64,000 nt of DNA from an uncultured Candidatus Saccharibacteria bacterium (GTDB lineage Bacteria > Patescibacteriota > Minisyncoccia > Phycocordibacterales > UBA9973): positions 50,722-114,721 of the forward strand of contig CAZCXF010000001.1 in assembly GCA_964502615.1 (NCBI GenBank), in the 5' to 3' direction. The notes beneath the pieces are model-generated. The model saw only the letters and a program-made list of their open reading frames with translations. It ran no database searches and was not told where the DNA came from. The translations under genes and the position numbers were made by a program. Below are positions 19,812 through 29,663 of this stretch, one piece after another. Within the stretch, counting starts at the first letter, position 1. Each line of letters opens with the position of its first letter.

Positions 19812-20596
19812 TGGATGTAGAACAAAAACAAAATCAATACAAGGTAAAAACTGGTACTTTCGAAGGCCCACTAGAATTACTCATATCTTTGATAGAGCAA
19901 AGGAAACTTTTTGTGAATGATGTTTCAATAGCTCAAGTGACTGATGACTACATTAAATATGTTAGAAGTATACCTGATAGGTCAAATGATACTCACATTG
20001 CAGATGTCTCAAGTTTTTTACTTACTGCTGCAACTTTGATACTTATTAAGTCAAAATCTTTGCTACCTAATCTAACTCTAACAGAAGATGAAGAAGAAAA
20101 AATATCTGACCTAGAAAATCGTTTAAAACTTTATCAAATCATTAAGAATGCAAGTATAGACATTAAGGCAAACTTTGGAACACGCATAATATTTAGACCC
20201 CTTGAAAAAACCTGGAATGAACCTTTATTTTCTCCAGATGAAGCTATTACAATTGAATCGATGCATTCTTGTATTAACGATGTCTTAGCTCATCTTCCTA
20301 AAAAACAAGAAAAATTACCAGAAGTAGAAGTTAGGAAAGTTATAAATATAGAAGAGATTATAAACAGTCTTACTGATCGAATTCAAGATGCGATTAATCT
20401 ATCATTTAAAGATTTTGCTAAAAGTCATAATCCAGAAAGTGAAGTAGAAGCAAAAGTTCATGTTATAGTTTCGTTTCTAGCTATGTTAGAATTAGTTCGT
20501 GAAGGTATTATTGATGTAGTACAGAACAACACATTTGAAGATATAAATATAACTAAACAATCAGTCGAAAAAGGTGGTGAAGAAGAAAATAAATAA
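19811..20596 (+). CDS. scpA: segregation and condensation protein A
   Basis: Kleisin N-terminus FEGPLELLISLIEQRKL. Confidence 0.85.
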   Translation: MDVEQKQNQYKVKTGTFEGPLELLISLIEQRKLFVNDVSIAQVTDDYIKYVRSIPDRSNDTHIADVSSFLLTAATLILIKSKSLLPNLTLTEDEEEKISDLENRLKLYQIIKNASIDIKANFGTRIIFRPLEKTWNEPLFSPDEAITIESMHSCINDVLAHLPKKQEKLPEVEVRKVINIEEIINSLTDRIQDAINLSFKDFAKSHNPESEVEAKVHVIVSFLAMLELVREGIIDVVQNNTFEDINITKQSVEKGGEEENK

Positions 20597-20597
20597 T

Positions 20598-21137
20598 ATG
20601 GAACTGGAATCAAAAATTGAAGGACTTCTTTTTTATAAAGGTGAAGAAATGAGCTCAGCTAAAATTGCTGACGCTTTAAAAGTAAGTGAACCTGAAGTAA
20701 TCGAAGCAATCGGCAGGCTTGAGCAAAATCTAACTCAAAGAGGGTTAGTACTTATAAAAAAAGAAAACTCTATCATGCTTGGTGTCGCCCCTGAACTTGC
20801 ACCAATAATTGAATCTATTAGAAAAGAGGAATTAGTAAAAGATCTTTCAAAAGCTTCTTTAGATACTCTTTCTATTATTCTATATAAGAATGGAGTTTCA
20901 AGAAGTGAAATCGACTATATTAGAGGAGTCAATTCTAGCTTTATTATAAGAAATCTATTAGTTCGAGGTTTAATAGAAAAGGTAATTGATGAAAAAGATA
21001 CTAGGAGAAACCTATATAGACCTTCATTTGATGCTTTATCGTACATGGGAGTTACATCTGTAGAGAATTTACCTAATTTTGAAAATGTAAGGAACGAGTT
21101 AGATAATGTTCTAAAACAAGAAGACAAAAATGATTAA
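20598..21137 (+). CDS. scpB: segregation and condensation protein B
   Basis: ScpB wHTH tandem with IEGLLFYKGEEMS. An alternative upstream start is at 20574. Confidence 0.85.
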   Translation: MELESKIEGLLFYKGEEMSSAKIADALKVSEPEVIEAIGRLEQNLTQRGLVLIKKENSIMLGVAPELAPIIESIRKEELVKDLSKASLDTLSIILYKNGVSRSEIDYIRGVNSSFIIRNLLVRGLIEKVIDEKDTRRNLYRPSFDALSYMGVTSVENLPNFENVRNELDNVLKQEDKND

Positions 21138-22179
21138 TGCATTAAAAATATTACTTCCAGCAGCTATAAGTTTTTTGGTGGGTATAATACTCACGCCTGT
21201 TGCTACGCATTATTTTTATAAATATAAATTATGGCGTCGAGTTTCTCGCTTAGAAAATGTTCCTCAAAGTGAGTTTGCAAAAATAAATGATGGTATTAGT
21301 GAAACTTCAACACCTAGAACAGGAGGAATGATAGTCTGGATTTCTGTTATTATTACAATTTTCATATTCTGGCTAATAAATGTTTTTCTTAATAGCGATT
21401 TTAGCCACAAAATGTATTTTATAAGTCGAGGGCAAACATTACTACCGCTCTTTACTCTTATAACAGCATCAATAATTGGACTTGGAGATGATTTTGTACA
21501 AATATTTGGACAAGGAAAATGGACAACAGATCCTATAAAACTACGTTATATAAAAATATCTATCATAGTTTGTCTTGGGATTATTATCGGATGGTGGTTC
21601 TTTGTTAAATTAGGAATATCAAGTTTATATATACCATGGTTTGGATTAGTAGATCTTGGTTATATTTTTATTCCATTCTTTATTCTGATCATGCTTGGAG
21701 TTTGGTCTACTAGTGTTATCGACGGCATAGATGGTTTATCTGGAGGTGTCTTATCCTCTATATTTGCAAGTTACACTCTAATAGCTTTTTTCCATAATCA
21801 ATTAGACTTAGCTGCATTTTGTGCTGTTATTTCTGGTGGTATACTTGCTTTTCTGTGGTTCAATATACCTCCAGCACGTTTTTATATGGGAGAAACTGGT
21901 ATGATCGGTCTTACTGTGACATTATCGGTCATAGCCTTTTTAACCAACACTGTTTTATTGTTGCCAATAATTGCTTTTCCACTTTTCATAACATCACTCT
22001 CTAGTATTATTCAAATGCTCTCTAGAAGATTTAGGAATGGTAAGAAAGTTTTCCTATTTGCTCCACTACATCATCACTTTGAAGCGCTTGGTTGGCCTAA
22101 ATATAAAGTCACAATGCGTTATTGGATAGTAGGTATTATAACTTCCATGATAGGAGTTATAATATCCCTTATAGATTAA
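21130..22179 (+). CDS. mraY: phospho-N-acetylmuramoyl-pentapeptide transferase
   Basis: Motifs DDFVQIFG, VIDGIDGLSGG and NIPPARFYMGETG. Confidence 0.93.
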   Translation: MINALKILLPAAISFLVGIILTPVATHYFYKYKLWRRVSRLENVPQSEFAKINDGISETSTPRTGGMIVWISVIITIFIFWLINVFLNSDFSHKMYFISRGQTLLPLFTLITASIIGLGDDFVQIFGQGKWTTDPIKLRYIKISIIVCLGIIIGWWFFVKLGISSLYIPWFGLVDLGYIFIPFFILIMLGVWSTSVIDGIDGLSGGVLSSIFASYTLIAFFHNQLDLAAFCAVISGGILAFLWFNIPPARFYMGETGMIGLTVTLSVIAFLTNTVLLLPIIAFPLFITSLSSIIQMLSRRFRNGKKVFLFAPLHHHFEALGWPKYKVTMRYWIVGIITSMIGVIISLID

Positions 22180-23283
22180 ATGAAAAAGGGTAATATTGAT
22201 AGAATTTTTTTAGGTATAGTTATTACACTTATTATTATAGGTGTGATTATGTTTACCTCTGCATCTTTAGGAATTTTAGCCAGAAGTGAAACAAAATTTT
22301 ATAGTGTTATATTTGCTCAATTTGTCTTCGGACTATTTGGAGGTCTTGTTGCTTTGTATGCAGGATTAAAGATACCTTACAAATTTTGGAGAGATTACTC
22401 ATTACCACTTTTTATTATATCAATTGCTCTGACGCTACTTGTTTTCGTACCACAGTTTGGAACCTATCACGGAGGGGCAAGGAGATGGGTAAATATTTTC
22501 GGTTTCTCATTTCAACCAGTTGAGTTCTTAAAAATTGGTTTTATTTTATATTTTGCTGCTTGGCTTTCTTGGGCTAAAAATAGAATAAATGATTTACGGT
22601 TTAGCTTATTGCCTTTAGTGGTGATGCTAGGAGTAATTGCAGTAATACTACTAAAACAACCTGATACAAAAAGTATTATTTTAATAACTGTAACTGGCAT
22701 AACTATGCTATTTGTATCTGGTGTGTCTTGGAAATATATTTTAGGTTTCTTGGGTGTAAGTATTATCGGATTTATAATATTAGTCTCTTTTAAACCATAT
22801 CTTAGAGAGAGAATCGAGACATTTTTTCATCCAAGTCAAAATGGTAGTAGTACTTCATATCAACTTCAACAATCATTGATTGCTGTTGGTTCGGGGGGGA
22901 CTTTCGGTAGAGGTTTGGGTCAGAGTATCCAAAAATTTAATTATCTCCCAGAGCCACAAGGAGACTCTATATTTGCTGTTGTAGGAGAAGAGCTAGGTTT
23001 CTTAGGAGCGACTATTTTGATATTGCTTTATGTAGCTTTCGCTCTTAGGGGTTATCGAATAGCATATCAAGCCCCAGATTCTTTTAGCAAATTACTAGTT
23101 ATTGGTACTATAACGATTATTACAGCTCAATCTTTTATGAATATAGCATCTATAATTGGAGTTTTTCCATTGACTGGAGTACCTCTTGTTTTCATTAGTC
23201 ATGGAGGTACAGCGCTATTTCTTTCTATTGGAATGATGGGCATAGTCCTAAATATATCTAGGAATTATAAAAAGCAACACTAG
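22180..23283 (+). CDS. ftsW: SEDS-family peptidoglycan polymerase FtsW/RodA
   Basis: 10-TM SEDS architecture with a conserved C-terminus GGTALFLSIGMMG. Confidence 0.9.
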   Translation: MKKGNIDRIFLGIVITLIIIGVIMFTSASLGILARSETKFYSVIFAQFVFGLFGGLVALYAGLKIPYKFWRDYSLPLFIISIALTLLVFVPQFGTYHGGARRWVNIFGFSFQPVEFLKIGFILYFAAWLSWAKNRINDLRFSLLPLVVMLGVIAVILLKQPDTKSIILITVTGITMLFVSGVSWKYILGFLGVSIIGFIILVSFKPYLRERIETFFHPSQNGSSTSYQLQQSLIAVGSGGTFGRGLGQSIQKFNYLPEPQGDSIFAVVGEELGFLGATILILLYVAFALRGYRIAYQAPDSFSKLLVIGTITIITAQSFMNIASIIGVFPLTGVPLVFISHGGTALFLSIGMMGIVLNISRNYKKQH

Positions 23284-23318
23284 AATATATAAATAAAATA
23301 CGGTAGAATAAGCTCTAT

Positions 23319-24446
23319 ATGAAGATATTGCTTACAGGAGGTGGCACAGGTGGACATTTTTATCCATTAATAGCCATAGCAGAAGAATTAAACAACTTAG
23401 CTGAGAAAGAAAAAATTATCGATTTAAAGTTGTATTACATGTCCGATGATCCATATGACAAACATATGCTTTTTGAGAATAGAATTACATATGTCCAAGT
23501 ACCTGCTGGCAAAATGCGCACCTATTTTTCAATTAGAAATTTTCTTGATATTTTTCCAACAGCTATAGGAGCATTTTATGGACTCCTTAGTATGTTTTTT
23601 ATTTATCCAGATGTGGTTGTTTCAAAAGGTGGCTATGCAGCATTTCCGGCTTGCTTTGCCGCAAAATTACTTAGAATTCCAGTTATTATTCATGAATCAG
23701 ATTCAAGTCCTGGTAGATTAAACCTATGGGTTGCTAAATTTGCCAAACGTATTGCTGTGTCTTGGGGTGAAGCAGGAGAAAAGTTTCCAAAAGATAAAGT
23801 GGCATTAACTGGCCAACCTATAAGAAAAGCTATAATTCAATCCAATCCTGAAGGTGCGCATGATTTTTTCAAACTCGCTTCAGATTTACCAGTTATATTT
23901 ATATATTGTGGCTCCCAAGGTGCTGACATTATAAATAACACCCTTATCCAAATACTTCCAGAATTACTTTCAAAATACCAAGTAATCCATCAGACTGGTC
24001 CTAAACTCTACGAAGAAGTTTTGGCTCGATCAAAACTTGTACTTGAAAATAACCCAAACATTAGCAGATATAGACCTATTGGTTATTTAAACAATCTAAC
24101 GATTAGAATGGCTTCGGGGGCAGCAAATTTAATTATAGGTAGAGCAGGATCAACAATATTTGAAATCGCTTCTTGGGGTGTTCCATCAATTATAATTCCT
24201 ATAACAAATTCTAATGGTGATCATCAAAGGAAAAATGCTTATTCATATGCCAGAAGTGGTTCGTGTGAAGTTGTCGAAGAGGGTAATCTATCTCCTCATG
24301 TTTTAATGTCTGAGATCGATCGCTTAATGTCAGACCAAAATAAATTAAATGAGATGAAGAAAAATGCTCTAGCTTTTGCAAACCCCAAAGCTGCAGAAAA
24401 AATCGCTCAAGAAGCTATCGATATTGCTCTAACACACGAATCATAA
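23319..24446 (+). CDS. murG: UDP-GlcNAc:lipid I N-acetylglucosaminyltransferase
   Basis: N-terminus LTGGGTGGHFYPLIAIAEEL and a GT28 C-domain. Confidence 0.93.
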   Translation: MKILLTGGGTGGHFYPLIAIAEELNNLAEKEKIIDLKLYYMSDDPYDKHMLFENRITYVQVPAGKMRTYFSIRNFLDIFPTAIGAFYGLLSMFFIYPDVVVSKGGYAAFPACFAAKLLRIPVIIHESDSSPGRLNLWVAKFAKRIAVSWGEAGEKFPKDKVALTGQPIRKAIIQSNPEGAHDFFKLASDLPVIFIYCGSQGADIINNTLIQILPELLSKYQVIHQTGPKLYEEVLARSKLVLENNPNISRYRPIGYLNNLTIRMASGAANLIIGRAGSTIFEIASWGVPSIIIPITNSNGDHQRKNAYSYARSGSCEVVEEGNLSPHVLMSEIDRLMSDQNKLNEMKKNALAFANPKAAEKIAQEAIDIALTHES

Positions 24447-24448
24447 TT

Positions 24449-25930
24449 ATGGATAATAAAAACAAAAAAATTGTTACTCGCTTTGCTCCAAGCCCAACTG
24501 GATATTTACATATTGGTGGAGTTAGAACTGCATTATATGCGTGGGCATATGCTAGGAAACACAATGGTACTTTTATTTTAAGAATCGAAGACACTGATAA
24601 AGAAAGAGAAGTTCCAGGTTCTATTGAACATATAATCGAATCTTTGAAGTGGTTAGGTATTTCGTGGGACGAGGGTCCAGATATTGGTGGTCCAAATGCT
24701 CCATACAAACAATCAGAAAGATTAGATTTGTATAAAAAATATGCACAGATATTAATAGATAAAGGGCTAGCTTATGCTGATCCGTATTCTACAGAAGAAC
24801 TTGAAGAATTTAGGAAAAAAGCTGAGGCAGAAAAAAAACCATTCCTATATAGAAACCATAGACCAGAAAACCCTCCAAAATGGGATGGAACTATGCCGCT
24901 ACGTTTAAAGATAGTAGATATAAAACAAACTGAATGGTTTGATGAAGTTCGTGGAAAACTTACTGCAGGAGAAGAAGCACTGGACGATTTTATACTTATA
25001 AAAAGTGATGGTTATCCTACTTACAACTTTTGTCACATTGTTGATGATTTAGAAATGGGAGTTACACATATTATGCGTTCAGATGAGTTTATTTCATCTA
25101 CACCGAAGTTTTTAGCATTATACGACGCTCTAGGAATTGAAAGACCTCACTTCGCGACATTACCTCCTATAATGGCACCTGATGGGAAAAAGAAGCTTGG
25201 AAAGCGGGATGGAGCAAAAGATATTTTAGATTATAGAGCAGACGGGTATCTACCAGAAGCGATGTTTAATTTTCTGGCATATATCGGTTGGAGTCCAGAA
25301 GACAATAAAGAAATACTGACACCTGAAGAATTCATAAAAGTATTCGAGTTAAATAGAATTCATAAATCTGGTGGTGGTTTTAATGTTGAAAAACTCGATT
25401 GGATAAACAGAGAGTATTTAAAGAAACTTTCTTATGAAGAACAAGAAGAGTATGTAGTTAAATTTATACCTAGTTATATAAAGAATCTTCCAGGATATTC
25501 AAATAGTATAATTCATAATATTACTCCTATAATAATGGAGCGCATAACGAAAGGTGTAGATATAGTAAAGATGGCAGAAGATAAAGAGTTAGATTATTTT
25601 TTCACTAAACCTACTTATGATAAAAATTCTCTTTTCTTTAAATCAAGCAAAATTCCAGAAGAAAATAAATACAAAATTTTATCTGAATATTTAAACAAGG
25701 TTCTACTTATATTAAGTAGTATTGAGGACATAAACTTCAATAAAGAAGTCGTAAAAGAAAAAATCTGGCCTTACACAGAGGAAGTTGGTAGAGGTGATAT
25801 ATTGTGGCCTATGCGATATGCATTATCGGGCTTAGATAAATCTCCGGATCCATTCTTACTTGCAGAAGTTTTAGGAAAGAAAGAAGTTCTTGATAGATTA
25901 ACTAGTGCAATTTTAATATTAGAAAAATAA
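24449..25930 (+). CDS. gltX: glutamyl-tRNA synthetase
   Basis: RFAPSPTGYLHIGGVRTALY (HIGH region) and a KLGKRDG KMSKS-like motif. Confidence 0.95.
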   Translation: MDNKNKKIVTRFAPSPTGYLHIGGVRTALYAWAYARKHNGTFILRIEDTDKEREVPGSIEHIIESLKWLGISWDEGPDIGGPNAPYKQSERLDLYKKYAQILIDKGLAYADPYSTEELEEFRKKAEAEKKPFLYRNHRPENPPKWDGTMPLRLKIVDIKQTEWFDEVRGKLTAGEEALDDFILIKSDGYPTYNFCHIVDDLEMGVTHIMRSDEFISSTPKFLALYDALGIERPHFATLPPIMAPDGKKKLGKRDGAKDILDYRADGYLPEAMFNFLAYIGWSPEDNKEILTPEEFIKVFELNRIHKSGGGFNVEKLDWINREYLKKLSYEEQEEYVVKFIPSYIKNLPGYSNSIIHNITPIIMERITKGVDIVKMAEDKELDYFFTKPTYDKNSLFFKSSKIPEENKYKILSEYLNKVLLILSSIEDINFNKEVVKEKIWPYTEEVGRGDILWPMRYALSGLDKSPDPFLLAEVLGKKEVLDRLTSAILILEK

Positions 25931-25944
25931 GCTATAATAATCTT

Positions 25945-27258
25945 GTGAGAACAAAGATTACTTATATACTTCTATTAATTTTGTTTTGTGGTTCTTTTAT
26001 GCCACAGACGGTATTGGGGCTGACTGCTGAGAGTGTCAACGAAAAGATCAAAGATGTGAATGCTCAGATCGAAGCATTAAATAAAGAAATACAACAATAC
26101 CAAAGTCAGATTTCTGAGACGAACCAACAAGGTAACACCTTAGCTAACTTAATCAAAGAATTAACCCTAACTCGGGATAAACTCTTAAAAGAAACAAAAC
26201 AAACCGAGAAAAAAATTACTGCGACTAATATTGTAATCAATACCTTATCAGATGATATAGCTGAAAAAGAAAAATCAATAAATGTAGGTGAAGATGCTAT
26301 AAATAAAATGATTCGAGATTTACAGTTAAAAGATAGTGACACACTAGTAGAGAAAATTTTATCTAAAAATAATTTAAATGATGCAAATCGTGAATATAAT
26401 AACATCATAACAGTCAACGAGAAATTAAGAACTTTTATTATAGATATAAAAAAACAAAAAGAAGAATTAGAAAATTCTAAAAACCAAAAGCAGACTGAAC
26501 AACAAAAACTTTCTAAATTGAAGAAAAGTTTAATTGAAAAAAAACTAGCAGTTGATATATCAAAAAAAGAAAAAGATACTCTTCTAATAGAGACTAAGAA
26601 TAAAGAATCTAACTACAAAAAGCTTTTAGCGGATAGGATTAAGAAGAGAGATGCGTTCGAAAAAGATTTGGAAAATTACGAAGCCCAATTAAAATTTATA
26701 CTAAATCCAAATCTATTACCAACAGAAGGTTCAGGAATACTTTCTTGGCCACTAGATAACGTATTTGTTACTCAGCTTTTCGGCAAAACAATTTCAGCAA
26801 AAAGGCTATATGTTTCAGGATCTCATAGTGGGGTTGATTTTCGAGCATCTATAGGAACCCAAGTTAAATCTATGGCTGATGGAGTTATAGTTGGTAGTGG
26901 TGATACAGATTTGTATTGTAAGGGTGCATCATTTGGAAAATGGATATTTATAAAATATGACAATGGACTCTCAAGTACATACGGTCACTTGTCTTATATT
27001 TCAGGAGCAACTGGTCAGAAAGTAAGAGCAGGTGATGTTGTAGCACTGTCTGGGAATACAGGACATTCTACGGGCCCACATTTACACGTTACTGTATATG
27101 CTTCTCAGGGAGCAGATGTTAAGACAGTACCATCACTATCTTGTAATGGAAAGACATTTATTATGCCTATTGCTCCAACGAAGGCATATCTCGATCCAAT
27201 GCTTTATTTGCCTAAGTTAGGTACTGGTATGATAAAAAATGACAGCCCCCGTGACTAG
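25945..27258 (+). CDS. secreted coiled-coil M23 metallopeptidase (EnvC-like architecture, catalytic residues intact)
   Basis: N-terminal signal/TM, a ~220-aa coiled coil, and a C-terminal M23 domain with HSGVD and HLH zinc-binding motifs. Confidence 0.85.
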   Translation: MRTKITYILLLILFCGSFMPQTVLGLTAESVNEKIKDVNAQIEALNKEIQQYQSQISETNQQGNTLANLIKELTLTRDKLLKETKQTEKKITATNIVINTLSDDIAEKEKSINVGEDAINKMIRDLQLKDSDTLVEKILSKNNLNDANREYNNIITVNEKLRTFIIDIKKQKEELENSKNQKQTEQQKLSKLKKSLIEKKLAVDISKKEKDTLLIETKNKESNYKKLLADRIKKRDAFEKDLENYEAQLKFILNPNLLPTEGSGILSWPLDNVFVTQLFGKTISAKRLYVSGSHSGVDFRASIGTQVKSMADGVIVGSGDTDLYCKGASFGKWIFIKYDNGLSSTYGHLSYISGATGQKVRAGDVVALSGNTGHSTGPHLHVTVYASQGADVKTVPSLSCNGKTFIMPIAPTKAYLDPMLYLPKLGTGMIKNDSPRD

Positions 27259-27273
27259 TGCTATAATTTATCC

Positions 27274-27696
27274 ATGAACGAAGAAGTCAAAAAAGACTCG
27301 ACGGAACATAAGCATCATAAGATTCGCATAGGTGCTTTGATTGTTGTCGTCCTTCTAGTGTTTATACTTTTTAAGGTTAACTTACGTAAAGCAGTTAATT
27401 CTCCACAATTTAATGACAATGTTTCGTTTATCGAACAAAAAGTAAAAGGTTGGTACGAAAGAGCAACCAAACTTTTTGACGGTATGTTTAAGAACACTTT
27501 AAACAATGGAGTAAATCAACTAAAAACTGGAGGTGGTTTAAATTTTAATGCACCAGTACTTGTCGATCCAAATATCATTGAGAATAAAATTGGCGCAGAC
27601 AGAATCAGGGGATACTTCAATGCTCCGAATGATGAGAATATCGACAAAAAATTTAATGAAGTATATAACCCTATAAGTACTCCTGTATCCAATTAA
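27274..27696 (+). CDS. hypothetical membrane-anchored protein
   Basis: 140 aa with a single N-terminal TM helix. Confidence 0.4.
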   Translation: MNEEVKKDSTEHKHHKIRIGALIVVVLLVFILFKVNLRKAVNSPQFNDNVSFIEQKVKGWYERATKLFDGMFKNTLNNGVNQLKTGGGLNFNAPVLVDPNIIENKIGADRIRGYFNAPNDENIDKKFNEVYNPISTPVSN

Positions 27697-27752
27697 TATC
27701 AATTGTAAAAATTGAAAAAATATGTAATTATAGAACATCGCCCTTTTATTAT

Positions 27753-27837
27753 GCCCGAGTGGCGGAACTGGTATACGCGCACGACTTAAAATCGTGTCTC
27801 GCAAGGGATGTGGGTTCGACCCCCACCTCGGGCACCA
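27753..27837 (+). tRNA. tRNA-Leu (anticodon UAA), type II with long variable arm, CCA encoded
   Basis: Acceptor GCCCGAG/CTCGGGC, anticodon stem-loop CACGA-CTTAAAA-TCGTG, T-arm GTGGG-TTCGACC-CCCAC, and a 13-nt variable arm. Confidence 0.85.
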
Positions 27838-27840
27838 AAT

Positions 27841-29256
27841 ATGTCAAAACAATATTACACAACAATAGGACTTGAAATACACGCAGAACTAAAGACAAAC
27901 TCAAAGATGTTTTGTGGTTGTGTAAATAACCCTGATGAAGAGAAACCGAACGTAAATATATGTCCAATCTGTATGGCTCATCCTGGAACACTCCCAGTTA
28001 TAAACAAAAAGGCTGTTGAGAGTGTTATTAAAGTAGGCCTTGCACTAGGAGCAAATATTGCTGACTTTACAGAATTTGACCGTAAGAATTATTTCTATCC
28101 AGATATCCCAAAAGCTTATCAGATATCTCAATATAAATATCCAATAGTCTCTGGTGGATCTCTCAATGGTGTAGATATTACTCGTATTCATTTAGAGGAA
28201 GACACTGCAAATAATAAACACGATAGGGGTAATTACTCATTAGTAGACTTCAATCGTGCGGGTGTGCCTCTTATGGAACTAGTAACAGAACCAGTAATTC
28301 ACTCTGCGAAACAAGCAGGGGATTTTGGTCGCGAATTACAACTTCTACTACGATACCTAGATGTATCTGAAGCAAATATGGAGAAAGGTGAGATGCGTGT
28401 TGAGCTCAATATTTCAATATCTGAAGACCCAAATAAATTTGGTACTAAAGTCGAAGTAAAAAATATTAACTCATTTAAAGCGGTAGAACGTGCTGCAGAG
28501 TACGAAATCAAACGTATGTCAGCATTACTCGACGAAGGTCGTGGCGCAGAAATAGTCCAGGAGACTCGTGGTTGGGATGAAAACAAACAATCCACTTTCT
28601 CACAGCGCTCAAAAGAAAATGCAAATGATTATCGTTATTTTCCAGATCCAGATTTACCAAAACTATATTTAAGTAGAGCGTTTGATATAGAAAAATTAAA
28701 GTCAGAGTTACCTGAACTTCCTCAAACTAAACGAGCAAGATATAAGAGCGAGTACGGTATTAAAGATGAAGATATAGAGAGTTATGTTGTAGATATTGAA
28801 CTTGGTAAATGGTTTGAACAGGTAGCAAAAGAATTAAAAGATAAAGAAAAGATAAAGGTTGCATCAAACTACATTACTTCAGACTATATAGGCATTAAGA
28901 AATCAAACGAAAAAGCAAATCTACCTTCAGTATCAAATTTTACTGAGCTTATAAATATGCTAACAGATGGCCAAATTTCATCTCGTACAGCGAAAGATAT
29001 ACTTGCTATGATTGTTATTGAAGATGCTTCACCAATGAAAATTGCAACCGAAAAAGATTTAATTCAGAAAAACGATGAAGGAGCTCTAAAAGAAATCGTA
29101 CAGAAAGTTATAGACGCAAATCCTCAGGTTATTACTACTTATAAAGGTGGTAAGGAAAATGCATTAATGTCACTTGTTGGTCAAATAATGAAAGAAACAA
29201 AAGGTTCAGCAAATCCTGGTCTTGTTCAAAAACTTTTGAAAGAATTGATAGGGTAG
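27841..29256 (+). CDS. gatB: Asp-tRNA(Asn)/Glu-tRNA(Gln) amidotransferase subunit B
   Basis: YYTTIGLEIHAELKTNSKMFCGC at the N-terminus. The ORF-track start at 27808 runs into the tRNA, so the start was set at the MSKQYY Met. Confidence 0.93.
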   Translation: MSKQYYTTIGLEIHAELKTNSKMFCGCVNNPDEEKPNVNICPICMAHPGTLPVINKKAVESVIKVGLALGANIADFTEFDRKNYFYPDIPKAYQISQYKYPIVSGGSLNGVDITRIHLEEDTANNKHDRGNYSLVDFNRAGVPLMELVTEPVIHSAKQAGDFGRELQLLLRYLDVSEANMEKGEMRVELNISISEDPNKFGTKVEVKNINSFKAVERAAEYEIKRMSALLDEGRGAEIVQETRGWDENKQSTFSQRSKENANDYRYFPDPDLPKLYLSRAFDIEKLKSELPELPQTKRARYKSEYGIKDEDIESYVVDIELGKWFEQVAKELKDKEKIKVASNYITSDYIGIKKSNEKANLPSVSNFTELINMLTDGQISSRTAKDILAMIVIEDASPMKIATEKDLIQKNDEGALKEIVQKVIDANPQVITTYKGGKENALMSLVGQIMKETKGSANPGLVQKLLKELIG

Positions 29257-29360
29257 AGAATTGACCGCCTAAATAGTTTTTGTTATATTGAAATTAATAC
29301 AAGATATTTCGTCTCTTTTTGAGACACAATCATATTTTTCATATGGCAAGCAATCGTTAA

Positions 29361-29402
29361 GGGGACCCGTTGATTTCTATCAGCTCGTGGGTCCTATTTT
29401 TT
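29361..29402 (+). terminator. hairpin ggggaccc...gggtcct followed by T-run, after gatB
   Basis: Inverted repeat with TATTTTTTA. It lies inside the 5' part of the ORF-track ORF 29288..29647, which argues for the downstream start. Confidence 0.55.
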
Positions 29403-29419
29403 ATGTTAAAATATTAAAT

Positions 29420-29647
29420 ATGGAGACAAATATAAAACCGGGTAAATATAGACATTTTAAAGGAGTAATTCACGAAATTTTGGGTGTCGCAAAACACACA
29501 GAAGATCATAATAAAGAATTTGTAGTATATTATCATCCAGATGAAAATGGAAAGAACCAGCTCTGGGTTAGACCAAAGGAAATGTTTCTAGAACACATAG
29601 ATAGAGATGGCTACAAAGGTCCTAGATTTGAGTATATTGGTGAATAA
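29420..29647 (+). CDS. DUF1653-like small protein
   Basis: GKYRHFKG...VYYHP...WVRP pattern typical of DUF1653. The start was set at METNIK, downstream of the terminator hairpin. Confidence 0.5.
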   Translation: METNIKPGKYRHFKGVIHEILGVAKHTEDHNKEFVVYYHPDENGKNQLWVRPKEMFLEHIDRDGYKGPRFEYIGE

Positions 29648-29663
29648 ATGATATAATTTTCCT

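Noticed and set aside
29288-29419. N-terminal 44 codons of ORF-track ORF 29288..29647
   Set aside because: This stretch contains a terminator-like hairpin (ggggaccc...gggtcct + T-run) that belongs to gatB. The DUF1653-like homology starts after the internal Met at 29420.
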